Source: Octopus vulgaris
Lineage: Eukaryota
Assembly (NCBI GenBank): GCA_951406725.2
Contig: OX597841.1
Location: 2,914,001-2,978,000 of the forward strand
Direction: 5' to 3'
Length of the DNA stretch: 64,000 nt
Below the pieces are notes generated by a model. It was not told the DNA's origin. It made no database searches and was given only the letters and a program-made list of their open reading frames with translations. How positions within the stretch are numbered: position 1 is the first letter of the stretch; every line of letters begins with the position of its first letter. Position numbers and translations under genes: made by a program. Shown piece after piece: positions 12,578 to 26,102 of this stretch.

Positions 12578-13903
12578 ATGATGGAAAAGAGTGAAAAAGT
12601 TGAAGAACTGATTTCATCTGAACACATAAAAGAGATGAGAAAATTGTCGTATGACTGTGACATTTGTAAAAAGGTCTTCTCCCTAAAATGTAACCTAATT
12701 TCCCACAGACGTGTTCATACAGGGAAAAAACCATATCAGTGTGAGATCTGTGGTAAATCATTCTCTGACCAAAGTGCCTTTGTTTCGCACAAACGTTTTC
12801 ATACAGGAGAAAAGCCATATCACTGTGATGTCTGTGGTAAATCATTCTCTTGCAGTAGTGCCATAGCTAGACACAAACGTACACATACAGGAGAGAAACC
12901 GTATCATTGTGATATTTGTGGTTCATCATTCTCTTCAAATAGTGACTTAGTGAAACACAAACGAATTCATACAGGAGAGAAACCATATCGTTGTGATATC
13001 TGTGGTTCATCATTTTCTCAGAGTTATCACTTAACTACTCACAAGCATATTCATACAGGAGAGAAGCCATATCATTGTGATATCTGTGGTAAATCATTCT
13101 CTCGTAATCATGATGTAACTATACATAAACATATTCACACAGGAGACAAACCTTATCACTGTGATATCTGTGGTAAATCATTCTCTGAAAGTTGTCCATT
13201 AAATAATCACAAACGTATTCATACAGGAGAGAAGCCATATCACTGTGAGATCTGTGGCAAATCATTCTCTCAGAATAGTGCCTTAACTAGACACAAACGT
13301 ATTCATACAGGAGAGAAACCATATCATTGTGATATTTGTGGTTCATCTTTCTCTGCAAGTAGTGACTTGATGAAACACAAACGTATTCATACAGGAGAGA
13401 AACCATATCATTGTGATATCTGTGGTTCATCATTCTCTCAGAGTTATTGCTTAACTACACATATACGTATTCATACAGGTGAGAAGCCATATCGTTGTGA
13501 TATCTGTGGTAAATCATTCTCTCGTAATCATCACTTAACTATACACAAACGTTTTCATACAGATGAAAAACCATTTCATTGTGATATCTGTGGCAAATCA
13601 TTCTCTGTAAGTAGTTTGTTAACTAGACACAAGCATATTCATACAGGAGAGACACCATATCACTGTGAGATCTGTGGTAAATCATTCTCTGATAGGTTTG
13701 GCTTGGTTACACACAAACGTCTTCATACAAAGAAGAAGCCATATCACTGTGATGTCTGCGGTAAAACTTTCTCTAAAAGTAGTCAGTTAATTAATCACAA
13801 ATGTATTAATACAGTACTGAAGCTGCATCACTGTGATATCTGTGGTAAATCATTCTCTCGTAATCATAACTTAACTAGACACAAGCGTATTCATACAGGA
13901 TAG
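12578..13903 (+). CDS. ZNF3: C2H2 zinc-finger protein, 15 fingers, ending at an in-linker TAG with finger sequence continuing in frame to 14149
   Basis: ORF 12566-13903, ATG 12578. HTG-TAG-KPY at 13901-13903. ORF 13952-14149 is in the same frame. Confidence 0.85.
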   Translation: MMEKSEKVEELISSEHIKEMRKLSYDCDICKKVFSLKCNLISHRRVHTGKKPYQCEICGKSFSDQSAFVSHKRFHTGEKPYHCDVCGKSFSCSSAIARHKRTHTGEKPYHCDICGSSFSSNSDLVKHKRIHTGEKPYRCDICGSSFSQSYHLTTHKHIHTGEKPYHCDICGKSFSRNHDVTIHKHIHTGDKPYHCDICGKSFSESCPLNNHKRIHTGEKPYHCEICGKSFSQNSALTRHKRIHTGEKPYHCDICGSSFSASSDLMKHKRIHTGEKPYHCDICGSSFSQSYCLTTHIRIHTGEKPYRCDICGKSFSRNHHLTIHKRFHTDEKPFHCDICGKSFSVSSLLTRHKHIHTGETPYHCEICGKSFSDRFGLVTHKRLHTKKKPYHCDVCGKTFSKSSQLINHKCINTVLKLHHCDICGKSFSRNHNLTRHKRIHTG

Positions 13904-14309
13904 AAACCATATCATTGTGAGATCTGTAGTAAATCATTCTCTAACAGTAGTTTGTTAGCTAGACACAAACGTATTCATGTAGGAGAGACAGCATATCACT
14001 GTGGTATGTGTAGAAAATCATTTTCTGACCATAGTTCCTGGGCTTCACACAAAGGAGAATCCATATCAGTCATGACTGGTAAATTATTCTCTCAAAATAG
14101 TGTTTTAATGAAACACAATATTTATACAGGAGACAAAGCAAGAGAATAGTTTCCTATTTGTTGCGTACCTTTAACATTGCACCTCCACACACACACACAT
14201 GTATATGTAGTTTCAGAGTTGTTAAAAGCGCTAATATGAAGAAATAATATGTGATATGTAAATAAATATATATTTTTACAACCATCTAGCATTCTGAACA
14301 CTATTTTTC

Positions 14310-14341
<32 letters not shown>

Positions 14342-14342
<1 letters not shown>

Positions 14343-14729
14343 CTCTTTCTCTTTTACTTGTTTCAGTCATTTGACTGCGGCCATGCTGGAGCACCGCCTT
14401 TAATCGAGCAACTCGACCCCGGGACTTATTCTTTTGTAAGCCCAGTACTTATTCTATCGGTCTCTTTTGGCGAACCGCTAAGTAACGGGGACATAAACAC
14501 ACCAGCATCGGTTGTCAAGCAATGCTAGGAGGACAAACACACGCACGCATATATATACATATATACGACAGGCTTCTTTCAGTTTCCGTCTACCAAATCC
14601 ACTCACAAGGCTTTGGTCGGCCCGAGGCTATAGTAGAAGACACTTGCCCAAGGTGCCATGCAGTGGGATGGAACCCAGAACCATGTGGTTGGTAAACAAG
14701 CTACTTACCACACAGCCACTCCTCCGCCT
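14342..14729 (-). mobile_element. SINE family A, full length
   Basis: tRNA-like head at 14729, aaagagta-type tail at 14342, embedded in (TA)n. Confidence 0.85.
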
Positions 14730-14747
14730 ATATATATATATATATAT

Positions 14748-15021
14748 CACGTAACCGACCAGACCGTCAGATGTTGTTACACTTCGCTGGTCACAATGCG
14801 TTCGCATTGTTTTAGTCTTCGAATGATGCCACCCCGCTGGCTAAGCGAGCAGGCCAACAGAAGAAAGAGTGGTGAAAGAGTACAGCATGGATCACCACCA
14901 TCCCTTGCTGGAGCCTCGTGGAGCTTTTAGGTGTTTTCGCTCAATAAACACTCACAACGCCCAGTCTGTGAATCGAAACTGCGAGTCCACTGCCCTAATC
15001 ACTAGGCCATTGCGCCTGCAC
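14748..15021 (-). mobile_element. tRNA-derived SINE family B
   Basis: Minus-strand head ggcgcaatggcctagtgattagggcag..gtttcgattc (A/B-box-like), flanked by (TA)n on both sides. Confidence 0.65.
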
Positions 15022-15292
15022 AAATATATATATATATATATATATAAATGTAGTTGAATGAATTATCCTAGTATGGATAATTCGGTTAACCGATACCTGG
15101 GTGGCAAATTCACGTCAGAAAAACACGGTTGAAGCTACATGCCAAGGGCAGAGATCACGTGCTTTCATGTGGAAATTTGTGTGTTTTTTTATACAAATAA
15201 ATGAAAGAATGGAGTTGAACGACGATTTAACAAAATTCCTTTATTCTCGACATATGTTTCGAAGGCTGCATATTCCTAATTTCGAAGGAATA

Positions 15293-16805
15293 AGGGTATG
15301 CGTTTGGTTGCACATCTCTGAACAGATTCCAGGAGGTCAATGTTCTGAGCAAGATAGGGGTTCCAAACTGATGATGCGAATTCCAAGTGTGGTCGTACCA
15401 TAGCTGTATACAGTTTTAAATAGATGGCTGGAGAGCGGCTAACAAAAGTCTTGCTGAGTGATGCCAAGACACCCTCGCCTTCTTGACAATTTTAGAGATA
15501 TGCTTTGTCCAACGCAAATCACTGCTGACATTGATGCCTAGGTCACGCTCGCAAGAGGATTTCTTGATATCAGTGTTGTGGATGCAGGGTTTTTTCTCCC
15601 AAAATGCATGGTGGTACACCTGTCCACAGCCAGTTTCAGTTGCCAGTCTGTGATCCATTGCTGCATTGTGTCCAGGTCTGATTGCGGGAAAGAGCTGTAG
15701 ACATCAGGATCTGTCCTCTTGATTTCAAGGTACAGCTTGATGTCGTCTGCATATTTCAATACTGTGGCATTCTTTAAATTGGCATCTATGTCATTAATGT
15801 ATGCCACAAACAAGAGGGGACCAAGGACAGATCCATGTGGTACACCCGATGACATCTCATATGGTGTAGAATGCTGTCCTAGAACTGTGACTACCTCCTT
15901 TCGGCTGAGAAAGAAGGATTTCAACCAGTTAAAAAGATCATCCCTCACACCCATTGCAGAGAGTTTCACCATAAGCCTTTTGTCTGGCACAGAATTAAAA
16001 GCCTTAGCAAAGTCAAGGTAGACAACATCCACCCATGAGGCACTGTCAGTGATCTGAGTAATGTCCTCAAGGAACTCGACAAGCTGATCACTGCAGCTGG
16101 AGTTAGGGACAAATCCATATTGTGAGGGTCGGATGAGACTGTGTGAGCTCCAGAAGTTCCAAAGTGTTTCTCTGACACACGATTCCATCAGTTTTGCAAT
16201 ACAGCTAGTGAGACTGACTGGGCGATAGTTGACAGGTGATGTGCAGTCGCCCTTTTTGAACAGAGGAATGACACTGGCAGTTTTCCACTGCTCCGGAGTA
16301 GCACCATTGTTGAGACAGTACTGGAAAAAAATAGAAAGCTGGTGTAAAAGGAAGTACCTGCCACGTTTGAGAAGGAGGTATGTAACACCATCAAGACCAG
16401 GGGAGGCATAGTTGTGCTTATTTTGAAGGTGACGTCGCAGCATTGCAGGTGTAAATTCCATAGTTGTTATGGAATTTGCTGTTAGTGATGGTGAAGATGG
16501 TACATTTTGATTTTCAACAGTGAATATGTTTGCATAGCACTCGGCAATGAGTTCTGTGCATTCTTGGGATCGTCAGTGATCTGGTTTGTGTGAGGGTTGC
16601 GAAGAGGGCCCACTGGAGAGTGAGGTCTCTGCTTCGAATGCCCATATTTCCAGAAAACCTTGCTGTCAGGATTGGCTGTTTGCACTGTTCAAATTCAAGC
16701 ACTGCATTTTTTGTCACTTGCTTGAGATGGTTGGAAGATTTATTCCGCTTTTTCCTGTTGGTGTCTGATTTATGTAACTTGTATTCCCGTTCAGCAGTCC
16801 GATTT
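15293..16805 (-). mobile_element. Degenerate CR1-group LINE ORF2 (reverse transcriptase) fragment
   Basis: ORF 15538-16461 with [43 protein letters not shown]. Frameshifted neighbours 16482-16685 and 15276-15467 (VRPHLEF..WNPY..ATKRIP). Truncated at both ends. Confidence 0.9.
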
Positions 16806-17100
16806 CTTATTCTATCGGTCTGTTTTGCTGAACCGCTAGGTGACGGGGACGTAAACACACCAGCATCGGCCGTCAAGCAATGCTAGGGGGACAAACACAG
16901 ACACACAGACATATACACACAACACATACATATATACGACAGGCTTCTTTCAGTTTCCGTCTACCAAATCCACTCACAAGGCATTGGTCGGCCCGGGGCT
17001 ATAGCAGAAGACGCTTGTCCAAGATGCCACACAGTGGGACTGAACCCGGAACCATGTGGTTAGTTAGCAAGCTACTTACCACACAGCCACTCCTGCGCCT
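16806..17100 (-). mobile_element. SINE family A, 3'-truncated and abutting the LINE 5' end
   Basis: Head at 17100. Similarity to family A stops at cttattctatcggtc (16806), where LINE sequence begins. Confidence 0.8.
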
Positions 17101-17152
17101 CTATAGATATATATACATATATATATATACATACACAAACACATATATATAA

Positions 17153-17183
<31 letters not shown>

Positions 17184-17285
17184 CACACACACAAACACAT
17201 ATATACAAATACATATACATACATATATATCTATGTATACATATATATACATACACATATGTATACACACATATATATATATGCA
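17101..17285. repeat. Compound (TA)/(CA) microsatellite
   Basis: Direct reading. Confidence 0.95.
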
Positions 17286-17530
17286 TATGAAAGAAAAAAG
17301 ATGTTCAGAATGCTGGATGGTTGTAAAAATATATATTTATTTACATATCCCATATTATTTCTTCATATAAGTGCTTTTAACAACTCTGAAACTAGATATA
17401 TATATGTGTGTGTGTGTGTGGAGGTGCATTGTTAAAGGTACGTAACAAATAGGAAACTATTCTCTTGCTTTGTCTCCTGTAAAAATATTGTGTTTCATTA
17501 AAACAATATTTTGAGAGAATAATTTACCAG

Positions 17531-18286
17531 TCATGAGTGATATGGATTCTCCTTTGTATGAAGATGTTTGTGTGAAGCCCAGGAACTACGGTCAGAAAAT
17601 GATTTTCTACACATACCACAGTGATATGCTGTCTCTCCTACATGAATACGTTTGTGTTTAGTTAAGTTGTTCTTACCAGAGAAGGATTTACCACAGATAT
17701 CACATCGATAAGGTTTGTCTCCTGTGTGAATATGTTTATGTATAGTTACATCATGATTACGAGAGAATGATTTACCACAGATATCACACTCATAAGGTTT
17801 GTCTCCTGTATGAATACGCCTGTGAGTAGTTAAGTTATAACTCTGAGAGAATGATTTACCACAGACATCACATCGATATGGTTTCACACCTGTATGAATA
17901 CGCGTGTGTCTCATAAAGTCATTACTTGCAGAGAAAGATGAACCACAAATATCACAATGATATGGTTTCTCTCCTGTATGAATACGTATGTGTGCAGATA
18001 AATTACAACTTAGAGAAAATGATTTACCACAGACATCACAGTGATATGGCTTTTTCTTTGTATGAAGACCTTCATGTGAAGTCAAGGCACTTTGGTCGGA
18101 GAATGATTTACCACAGATCTCACACTGATATGGTTTTTCCCCTGTATGAATACGTCTGTGGGAAATTAGGTTACATTTAAGGGAGAAGACCTTTTTACAA
18201 ATGTCACAGTCATACGACAATTTTCTCATCTCTTTTATGTGTTCAGGTGAAATCAGTTCTTCAACTTTTTCACTCTTTTCCATCAT
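17531..18286 (-). CDS. ZNF4: C2H2 zinc-finger protein, 8 fingers (inverted paralog of ZNF2)
   Basis: ORF 251 aa with the same N-terminus and HTKENPYHS* end as ZNF2. Confidence 0.9.
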   Translation of the reverse strand: MMEKSEKVEELISPEHIKEMRKLSYDCDICKKVFSLKCNLISHRRIHTGEKPYQCEICGKSFSDQSALTSHEGLHTKKKPYHCDVCGKSFSLSCNLSAHIRIHTGEKPYHCDICGSSFSASNDFMRHTRIHTGVKPYRCDVCGKSFSQSYNLTTHRRIHTGDKPYECDICGKSFSRNHDVTIHKHIHTGDKPYRCDICGKSFSGKNNLTKHKRIHVGETAYHCGMCRKSFSDRSSWASHKHLHTKENPYHS

Positions 18287-19781
18287 TTTCCCCAGTAAAT
18301 CACAATGTATAAATTTTTCTTCCTCTTTATTCCTTACATAAACTTCTACTTTTCTATCTGTGCTCAGTGTTACTTTTGTCTAGCAACACTTAGATACACT
18401 TATCCAAGTTTAATCAGCATACAAGCTCCTCTTCTTCATACTCCAGTCTGTGATGTCCAGAAATTTGGTTAATGATACCAGCTCAGAGTAAATGTTTTAC
18501 AGGGCCTCTATCTCAGAATTGTAGAAACAATCTGATACATCTATTTTGTATAATTTTGTCCTTTAGTCCTTAAAACGTGGTAGGTATTGAGGATGTTTCT
18601 TCTGTTATGCCAGTGTCATCTGATGTTCTGAAATGATAAAGAAAGAGCAGTGTAAGATGTAGAGGCGACAGATTCAGCTGGTATTTAACATAGGGGAGCA
18701 GATAGATGAACAATGGCAGGAAGTAAAGGAGAGAAAACCTTATCAGTACTCTATTAATATGCTCAATAAGAAAATAGGAGCTTGGTTAACAAGATAGATG
18801 TTGAGGTGTTATCAATGCATAGAACAGGCATGACAATGAGACAGATCACAGATCTCACGGATATAGCAACAGGCTTTTTACACTATTTTTTCCCTCTTTT
18901 TTATGATCGGGTATTAACATTGGGTTTTTGGATCCTGTGAGTTTGATCGTATGAGTTTTCCGAGTCCTCTCCGCCCCAATATTCGCCAGCGCACCTTATC
19001 CGAGTTGGACCCCAACCCTCCGTCACAAAAAAAAAAAACTATAGTGTACTAGGCGTAAAATAATATGAAGAAAAAAATTGCACCGACGAAAGGGGAAGTG
19101 GCGAGAGGACTTGGAACATTCCTGATGTGAATTTTCCGAGTCGTCTCCTCACCCCTCCCGTTCGCCGGCGCGCATTTTTTTTTTCATATTCGTTTACTAC
19201 GTTTTTACACCTATTACACTATTTTTTTTCTTTTCATTTTTTTGCTCGAGTCAAACACTGAAGGTGAACCCTTTTTACTCCCTTTAATAAATTGCTCTTT
19301 TTATCGAAATGCACTCAAATTACACGTATGTCCTCGGATAGATTGTCGAGGATGAAGTCAGTCTGTGGTCGTCATCATCATCGTTTAACGTCCGTTCTCC
19401 ATGCTAGCATGGGTTGGACGGTTCGACCGGGGATCTGGGAAGCCAGAAGGCTGCACCAGGCTCCGGTCTTACCTGGCAATGTTTCTACAGCTGGATGCCC
19501 TTCCTAACGCCAACCACTCCGGGAGTGTAGAGTTTGGAAACCACTGATCTACATAATCTGAAAAGTATTTTCAGAAATTTCTATCTAAAGTTATCCATTG
19601 TTAGTTATGAGAAAACAAATTGCTATCAGGGTGGGCGCACATCTCTAGTTATACCAAGAAACAAACGTTCGATAAAGGATTGGTTTCTGAACATTTCAGC
19701 GGTTGGAATGTATTAGAAAATATTTCTCAAAATAAAACACAACAGAGGGTTAATGTCACAAACTAACATGGCAACAAGGGA

Positions 19782-20246
19782 AATCAGTGACAACTCTCTT
19801 TCATAGCTAGAAATAGCAGCCAAATCTCGAACAAATCAGTGATAGCACTCTTTCATACCTAGAAATAGCAGCCAAATCTCGAACAAATCAGTAATAACTC
19901 CCTTTCATAGCTAGAAATAGCAGCCAAATCTCGAACAAATAAGTGATAACTCCCTTTCATAGCTTAAATAGCAGCCAAATCTCGAACAAATCAGTGATAA
20001 CTCCTTTCATAGCTAGAAATAGCAGCCAAATCTCGAACAAATCAGTGATAACTCTCTTTCAAAGCTAGAAATAGCAGCCAAATCTCTAACAAATCAGTGA
20101 CGACTCTCTTTCAAAGCTAGAAATATCAGTCAAATCTCGAAGAAATCAGTGACAGCTCTCTTTCATAGCTAGAAATAGCAGCCAAATCTCTAACAAATCA
20201 GTGATAACTCTCTTTCATAGCTAGAAATAGCAGCCAAATCTCGAAC
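19782..20246. repeat. 52-bp intronic minisatellite, ~9 units
   Basis: Repeated AGCTAGAAATAGCAGCCAAATC core. Confidence 0.95.
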
Positions 20247-20322
20247 CTGGAAGCGAAACAAATAATCGACAGGCGAAAAACCAAAAGTCTACAGACTTAA
20301 AAACATTGAATAATATCCTTAA

Positions 20323-20486
20323 TACTTACGGAAATGTTTAACAAAGGATAGTGTTATGTATGTGTGTTTCTGGTAGTTGAGGAATGCATTATAAGACCGT
20401 ATAATAAGCATTATCAGCTGATTTAAAAGAAATTCATGGATCAAGACATTTAATAAGATACCAAAATGCATTCAACGCGCATGCGT
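20323..20486 (-). promoter_or_regulatory. Promoter motif, exon 1 and donor of ZNF4
   Basis: Motif 20477-20486, donor at 20329, acceptor at 18628. Confidence 0.6.
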
Positions 20487-20606
20487 ACTTCCTCTCTCAA
20501 CTATTTTCCCTTGTTTATCTCCCTTTATGCAGCTGATGTACTTTTCTCTCTGGTCGAGTCATACCGCCTTCTTATCTAACACACCGGTTCCATTACAACT
20601 CATTTA

Positions 20607-21028
20607 GGAGCTTTTCGGTTTGACCGGCACTTTTTTTAATATAATTTCCACGTAACTAAACACTTTTAACCTTCGTATACTGGTAGAATTTGTTTATAAA
20701 ACATCTTTTTCTCTTGGCTTTATTCAGAAAATTCTATAGTTTCTAAGATATTTGTTGTTCTTTTTTCTTCAATTTCTGCAATTTCAACCAATCAATGACG
20801 TCCATTGAAGTAAAAACTTTTTGTGTCGTATGAATATGTCCCTCGTTTAAGAAACAGATTGGGTTTATTTACCTTTGTGAAGAAAAAAAAATACCCTTCC
20901 CTCACCCCTAACTAAATGTAACCCTAAAACAGATTGAAATGCAATAGATCGATACTAGGGTCATAATTATGGGTGACAATTTCATATGGCACGTCTAGAA
21001 AAAACTGCCGTTGAAACCGAAAAGATCT
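20607..21028. mobile_element. MITE (copy of 6426-6847)
   Basis: Same TIRs, inverted copy. Confidence 0.75.
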
Positions 21029-21265
21029 GGTTGAAATTGCAGAAATTGAAGAAAAAAAACAACAAATATAATACAAACTATAGAATTTTCTCAATACAGC
21101 CAGACCATTAGTTCTTATGAATACTGTCATCAGCTGGCTAATTTCAACCAAAGATTAAAAGAATTGAGGTTCAACATTCCCAACAGGAAAGTGGGTAGTG
21201 TTCCAACAAGATCATGCCAGACCAAATGTTTCTTTGACTGGTTTTGAAAAAAAGGTATCTTATCT

Positions 21266-21645
21266 AGGTGTAGGAGTGGCTGTGTGGTGAGTAGCTTGCT
21301 TACTAACCACATGGTTCCAGGTTCAGTCCCACTGCATGGCATCTTGGGCAAGTGTCTTCTACTATAGCCTTGGGCTGACCAAAGCCTTGTGAGTGGATTT
21401 GGTAGACGGAAACTGAAAGAAGCCCGTCGTATATATGTATATATATATATGTGTGTTTGTGTGTCTGTTTGTCTCCCTAGCATTGCTTGACAACAGATGC
21501 TGGTGAGTTTACGTGCCCGTCACTTAGCACTTCTGCAAAAGAGACCGATAGGATAAGTACAAGGCTTACAAAGAATAAGTTCTGGGGTCAATTTGCTTGA
21601 CTAAAGGCAGTGCTCCAGCATGGCCGCAGTCAAATGATTGAAACA
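21266..21645 (+). mobile_element. SINE family A
   Basis: Inverted copy of 5797-6189. Confidence 0.8.
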
Positions 21646-22282
21646 GATGCATTTTGACTCCTTCTAAATCATTCAATGTTTTTCTTTGCAATGAGTTCTG
21701 TAGAGACAAGAACAAGTGGTAATCAGATGGCACAATATGGTCTCTCGTTTTGTACTTAGGTAATTGTTTGACTACATACAGTAATCCATCGACTATCGCA
21801 GGTGTTACATCCCAAAACCCCATGATGAGTGAAAATATGCAAAGTAGAAACATACTGTACTGTATATTCTTCTTCTTATTATTATTATTTTTATAATTTG
21901 TATATATTTATTTTATTATAAATGCAACACAACACCCCAGAGGAATTGACATAAGCTTAAATAATAAACCGCCATAGGTGAACCCCGATATGGCAAGGGA
22001 TTACAATATTTCTAGTCATGAAAAAGCCATAAAGTAAGTTATTGTATAACATATTTATTGAGTGAAGCATTTAAAAGATAAACAATGAACAAAATGTGAG
22101 GATGCGTAATTCAATAAAGAATCATGTGAAGAGTTGACAGGAGGAGGAAGAGTTTTCGTACAGAGTTCCTTACACCATGGAAAAAAATGTGAAAATTACA
22201 AAAACAAAAAAACATCTAAAAGTTTTAGGAATTTCCATTGTATAAATCAGAGGAATATTATAAATATATAGTAAACTAGAAA

Positions 22283-24547
22283 CTACCCTTTTCCTTTCTT
22301 CCCTATATGAATAAATTTGTGCTTTGTTAAGCCACTGTTGTCAGAGAATGATTTGCCACAAATATCACAATGATATGGTTTCTCTCCTGTATGTGTACGT
22401 TTGTGTCGAGTGATGGCACTACTCCGAGAGAATGATTTACCACAGATATCACAGTGATATGGTTTTTCTCCTGTATGAATTCGTTTGTGTCTCACTAAGT
22501 CACTATTTGAAGAGAATGATTTACCACAGATCTCACAGTGATATGGCTTTTCTCCTGTATGAATTCGTTTGTGTCTCACTAAAGCAGTATTTGAAGAGAA
22601 TGATTTACCACAGATCTCACAGTGATATGGTTTCTCTCCTGTATGAATACGCTTGTGTCTAGTTAACACACTACTTGCAGAGAATGATTTGCCACAGATA
22701 TCACAATGATATGGTTTTTCATGTGTATGAAAATGTTTGTGTATGTTTAATTGATGATTACGAGAGAACGATTTACCACAGATATCATAACGATATAGCT
22801 TCTCACCTGTATGAGTACGTATGTGTGTAGTTAAGCAATAACTCCGAGAGAATGATGAACCACAGATGTTACAATGAAATGGTTTCTCTCCTGTATGAAT
22901 ACGTTTGTGTCTCATCAAGTCATTACTTACAGAGAATGATTTAACACAGATATCACACTGATAAGGCTCCTCTCCTGTATGAATAAGCCTGTGAGTAGTT
23001 AAGTAACAACTCTGAGAAAATGATAAACCACAGATATCACAACAGTATGGCTTTTCTCCTGTATGAAGACGTTTGTGTACAATTAAGGCACTTTGGTCAG
23101 AGAATGATTTACCGCAGACATCACACTGATATGGTTTTTCTCCTGTATGAATACGCTTGTGTCTAGTTAACGACCTACTTACAGAGAATGATTTACCACA
23201 GATCTCACAGTGATATGGTTTCTCTCCTGTATGAATACGCTTGTGTCTAGTTACCGACTTCCTTACAGAGAATGATTTACCACAGATCTCACAGTGATAT
23301 GGTTTCTCTCCTGTATGAATACGCTTGTGTCTAGTTAACGAACTACTTTCAGAGAATGATTTACCACAGATATCACACTGATAAGGCTTCTCTCCTGTAT
23401 GAATAAGCCTGTGAGTAGTTAAGTGATAACTCTGAGAAAATGATAAACCACAGATATCACAACAGTATGGCTTTTCTCCTGTATGAAGACGTTTGTGTAC
23501 AATTAAGGCACTTTGGTCAGAGAATGATTTACCACAGATCTCACAGTGATATGGTTTCTCTCCTGTATGAATTCGTTTGTGTCTCACTAAGTCACTATTT
23601 GAAGAGAATGATTTACCACAGATCTCACAGTGATATGGCTCTTCTCCTGTATGAATTCGTTTGTGTCTCACTAAGGCAGTATTAAAAGAGAATGATTTAC
23701 CACAGATCTCACAGTGATATGGTTTCTCTCCTGTATGAATATGCTTGTGTCTAGTTAACGACCTACTTACAGAGAATGATTTACCACAGATATCACAATG
23801 ATATGGTTTTTCATCTGTATGAAAATGTTTGTGTATGGTTAATTGATGATTACGAGAGAACGATTTACCACAGATATCACAACGATATGGCTTCTCACCT
23901 GTATGAGTACGTATGTGTGTAGTTAAGCAATAACTCCGAGAGAATGATGAACCACAGATGTTACAATGATATGGTTTCTCTCCTGTATGAATACGTTTGT
24001 GTATAGTTAATTGATGATTACTAGAGAACGATTTACTACAGATATCACAACGATATGGCTTCTCACCTGTATGAGTACGTATGTGTGTAGTTAAGCAATA
24101 ACTCCGAGAGAATGATGAACCACAGATATCACAACAGTATGGCTTTTCTCCTGTATGAAGACGTTTGTGTACAATTAAGGCACTTTGGTCAGAGAATGAT
24201 TTACCACAGATCTCACAGTGATATGGTTTCTCTCCTGTATGAATACGCTTGTGTGCAGATAAATTACAACTTTGAGAAAATGATTTACCACAGACATCAC
24301 AGTGATAAGGCTTTTTCTTTGTATGAAGACCTTCATGTGAAGTCAAGGCACTTTGGTCGGAGAATGATTTACCACAGATCTCACACTGATATGGTTTTTC
24401 CCCTGTATGAATACGTCTGTGGGAAATCAGGTTACATTTTAGGGCGAAGACCTTTTTACAAATGTCACAGTCATACGACAATTTTCTCATCTCTTTTATG
24501 TGTTCAGGTGAAATCAGTTCTTCAACTTTTTCACTCTTTTCCATCAT
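22283..24547 (-). CDS. ZNF5: C2H2 zinc-finger protein, ~26 fingers (one degenerate, YRYDIC)
   Basis: ORF 22283-24559, ATG 24547, ends HIGKKGKG*. Confidence 0.9.
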   Translation of the reverse strand: MMEKSEKVEELISPEHIKEMRKLSYDCDICKKVFALKCNLISHRRIHTGEKPYQCEICGKSFSDQSALTSHEGLHTKKKPYHCDVCGKSFSQSCNLSAHKRIHTGEKPYHCEICGKSFSDQSALIVHKRLHTGEKPYCCDICGSSFSRSYCLTTHIRTHTGEKPYRCDICSKSFSSNHQLTIHKRIHTGEKPYHCNICGSSFSRSYCLTTHIRTHTGEKPYRCDICGKSFSRNHQLTIHKHFHTDEKPYHCDICGKSFSVSRSLTRHKHIHTGEKPYHCEICGKSFSFNTALVRHKRIHTGEEPYHCEICGKSFSSNSDLVRHKRIHTGEKPYHCEICGKSFSDQSALIVHKRLHTGEKPYCCDICGLSFSQSYHLTTHRLIHTGEKPYQCDICGKSFSESSSLTRHKRIHTGEKPYHCEICGKSFSVRKSVTRHKRIHTGEKPYHCEICGKSFSVSRSLTRHKRIHTGEKPYQCDVCGKSFSDQSALIVHKRLHTGEKPYCCDICGLSFSQSCYLTTHRLIHTGEEPYQCDICVKSFSVSNDLMRHKRIHTGEKPFHCNICGSSFSRSYCLTTHIRTHTGEKLYRYDICGKSFSRNHQLNIHKHFHTHEKPYHCDICGKSFSASSVLTRHKRIHTGEKPYHCEICGKSFSSNTALVRHKRIHTGEKPYHCEICGKSFSSNSDLVRHKRIHTGEKPYHCDICGKSFSRSSAITRHKRTHTGEKPYHCDICGKSFSDNSGLTKHKFIHIGKKGKG

Positions 24548-26102
24548 TTTCCCCTGCAAATCACAATGTATAAATTTTTCTTCCTCTTTATTCCTTACAT
24601 AAACTTCTACTTTTCTATCTGTGCTCAGTGTTACTTTTGTCTAGCAACACTTAGATACACTTATCCAAGTTTAATCAGCATACAAGCTCCTCTTCTTGAT
24701 ACTCCAGTCAGTGATGTTCAGAAATTTGGTTAATGATACCAGCTCAGAGTAAATGTTTTACATGGCCTCTATCTCAGAATTGTAGAAACAATCTGATACA
24801 TCTATTTTGTATAATATTTTCCTTTAGTCCTTAAAACGTGGTAGGTATTGAGGATGTTTCTTCTGTTATGCCAGTGTCATCTGATGTTCTGAAATGATAT
24901 AGAAAGAGCAGTGTAAGATGTAGAGGCTACAGATTCAGCTGGTATTTAACATAGGGGAGCAGATAGATGAACAATGGCAGGAAGTAAAGGAGAGAAAACC
25001 TTATCAGTACTCTATTAATATGCTCAATTAGAAAATAGGAGCTTGGTTAACAAGATAGATGTTGAGGTGTTATCAATACATAGAACAGGCATGACAATGA
25101 GACAGATCACAAAGCTCACAGATATAGCAACTGACAGGCTTTTTACATTAATTTTACCCCTTTTTTATGATCGGGTGTTAACATTGGGTTTTTGGATCCT
25201 GTGAGTTTGATCGTATGAATTTTCCGAGTCCTTTCCGCCCCACCATTCGCCAGCGCACCTTATCCGAGTTGGACCCCAACCCTCCGTCACAAAAAAAACA
25301 AAACAATAGTGTACTACGCATGAAATAATATGAAGAAAAAAATTGCGCCGACAAATGTGTTAGTGGCGAGAGGACTTGGAACATTCCCGATGTGAATTAT
25401 CCGAGTCGTCTCCTCACACCTCCCGTTCACTGGCACATTTTTTTTTCATATTCGTTTACTACGTTTTTACACCTATTACACTATTTTTTTTTTTTATTAA
25501 TTTTTTGGCTCGAGTCAAACACTGAAGGTGAACCCTTTTTATTCCCTTTAATAAATTGCTCTTTTTATTGAAATGCACTCAAATTACACGTATGTCCACG
25601 GAGAGATTGTCGAGGATGAAGTCAGTCTGTGGTGTAAAAGAGTTTGGAAACCACTGATCTACATAATCTGAAAAGTATTTTCAGAAATTTCTATTTAAAG
25701 TTATCCATTGTTAGTTACGAGAAAACAAATTGCTATCAGGGTGGGCGCACATCTCTAGTTATACCAAGAAACAAACGTTCGATAAAGGATTGGTTTCTGA
25801 ACATTTCAGCGGTTGGAATGTATTAGAAAATATTTCTCAAAATAAAACACGACAGAAGGTTAATGTCACAAACTAACATGGCAACAAGGGAGTGTGCAGA
25901 AGGTATTGTCCATTGCTAGAAATAGCAGCCAAATCACGCACGTATCATAGAATCTCTCTTCCATAGCTAGAAATAGCAGCCAAATCCGGCACAAATCAAG
26001 GATATCTCCCATTCATAAACAGTAAGAAAAGACACAAAGAATCGACGCGCCAAAGACCGAAAGTCTACAGAATTAAAAACAATGAAAATTTTCTTTGCTT
26101 AA

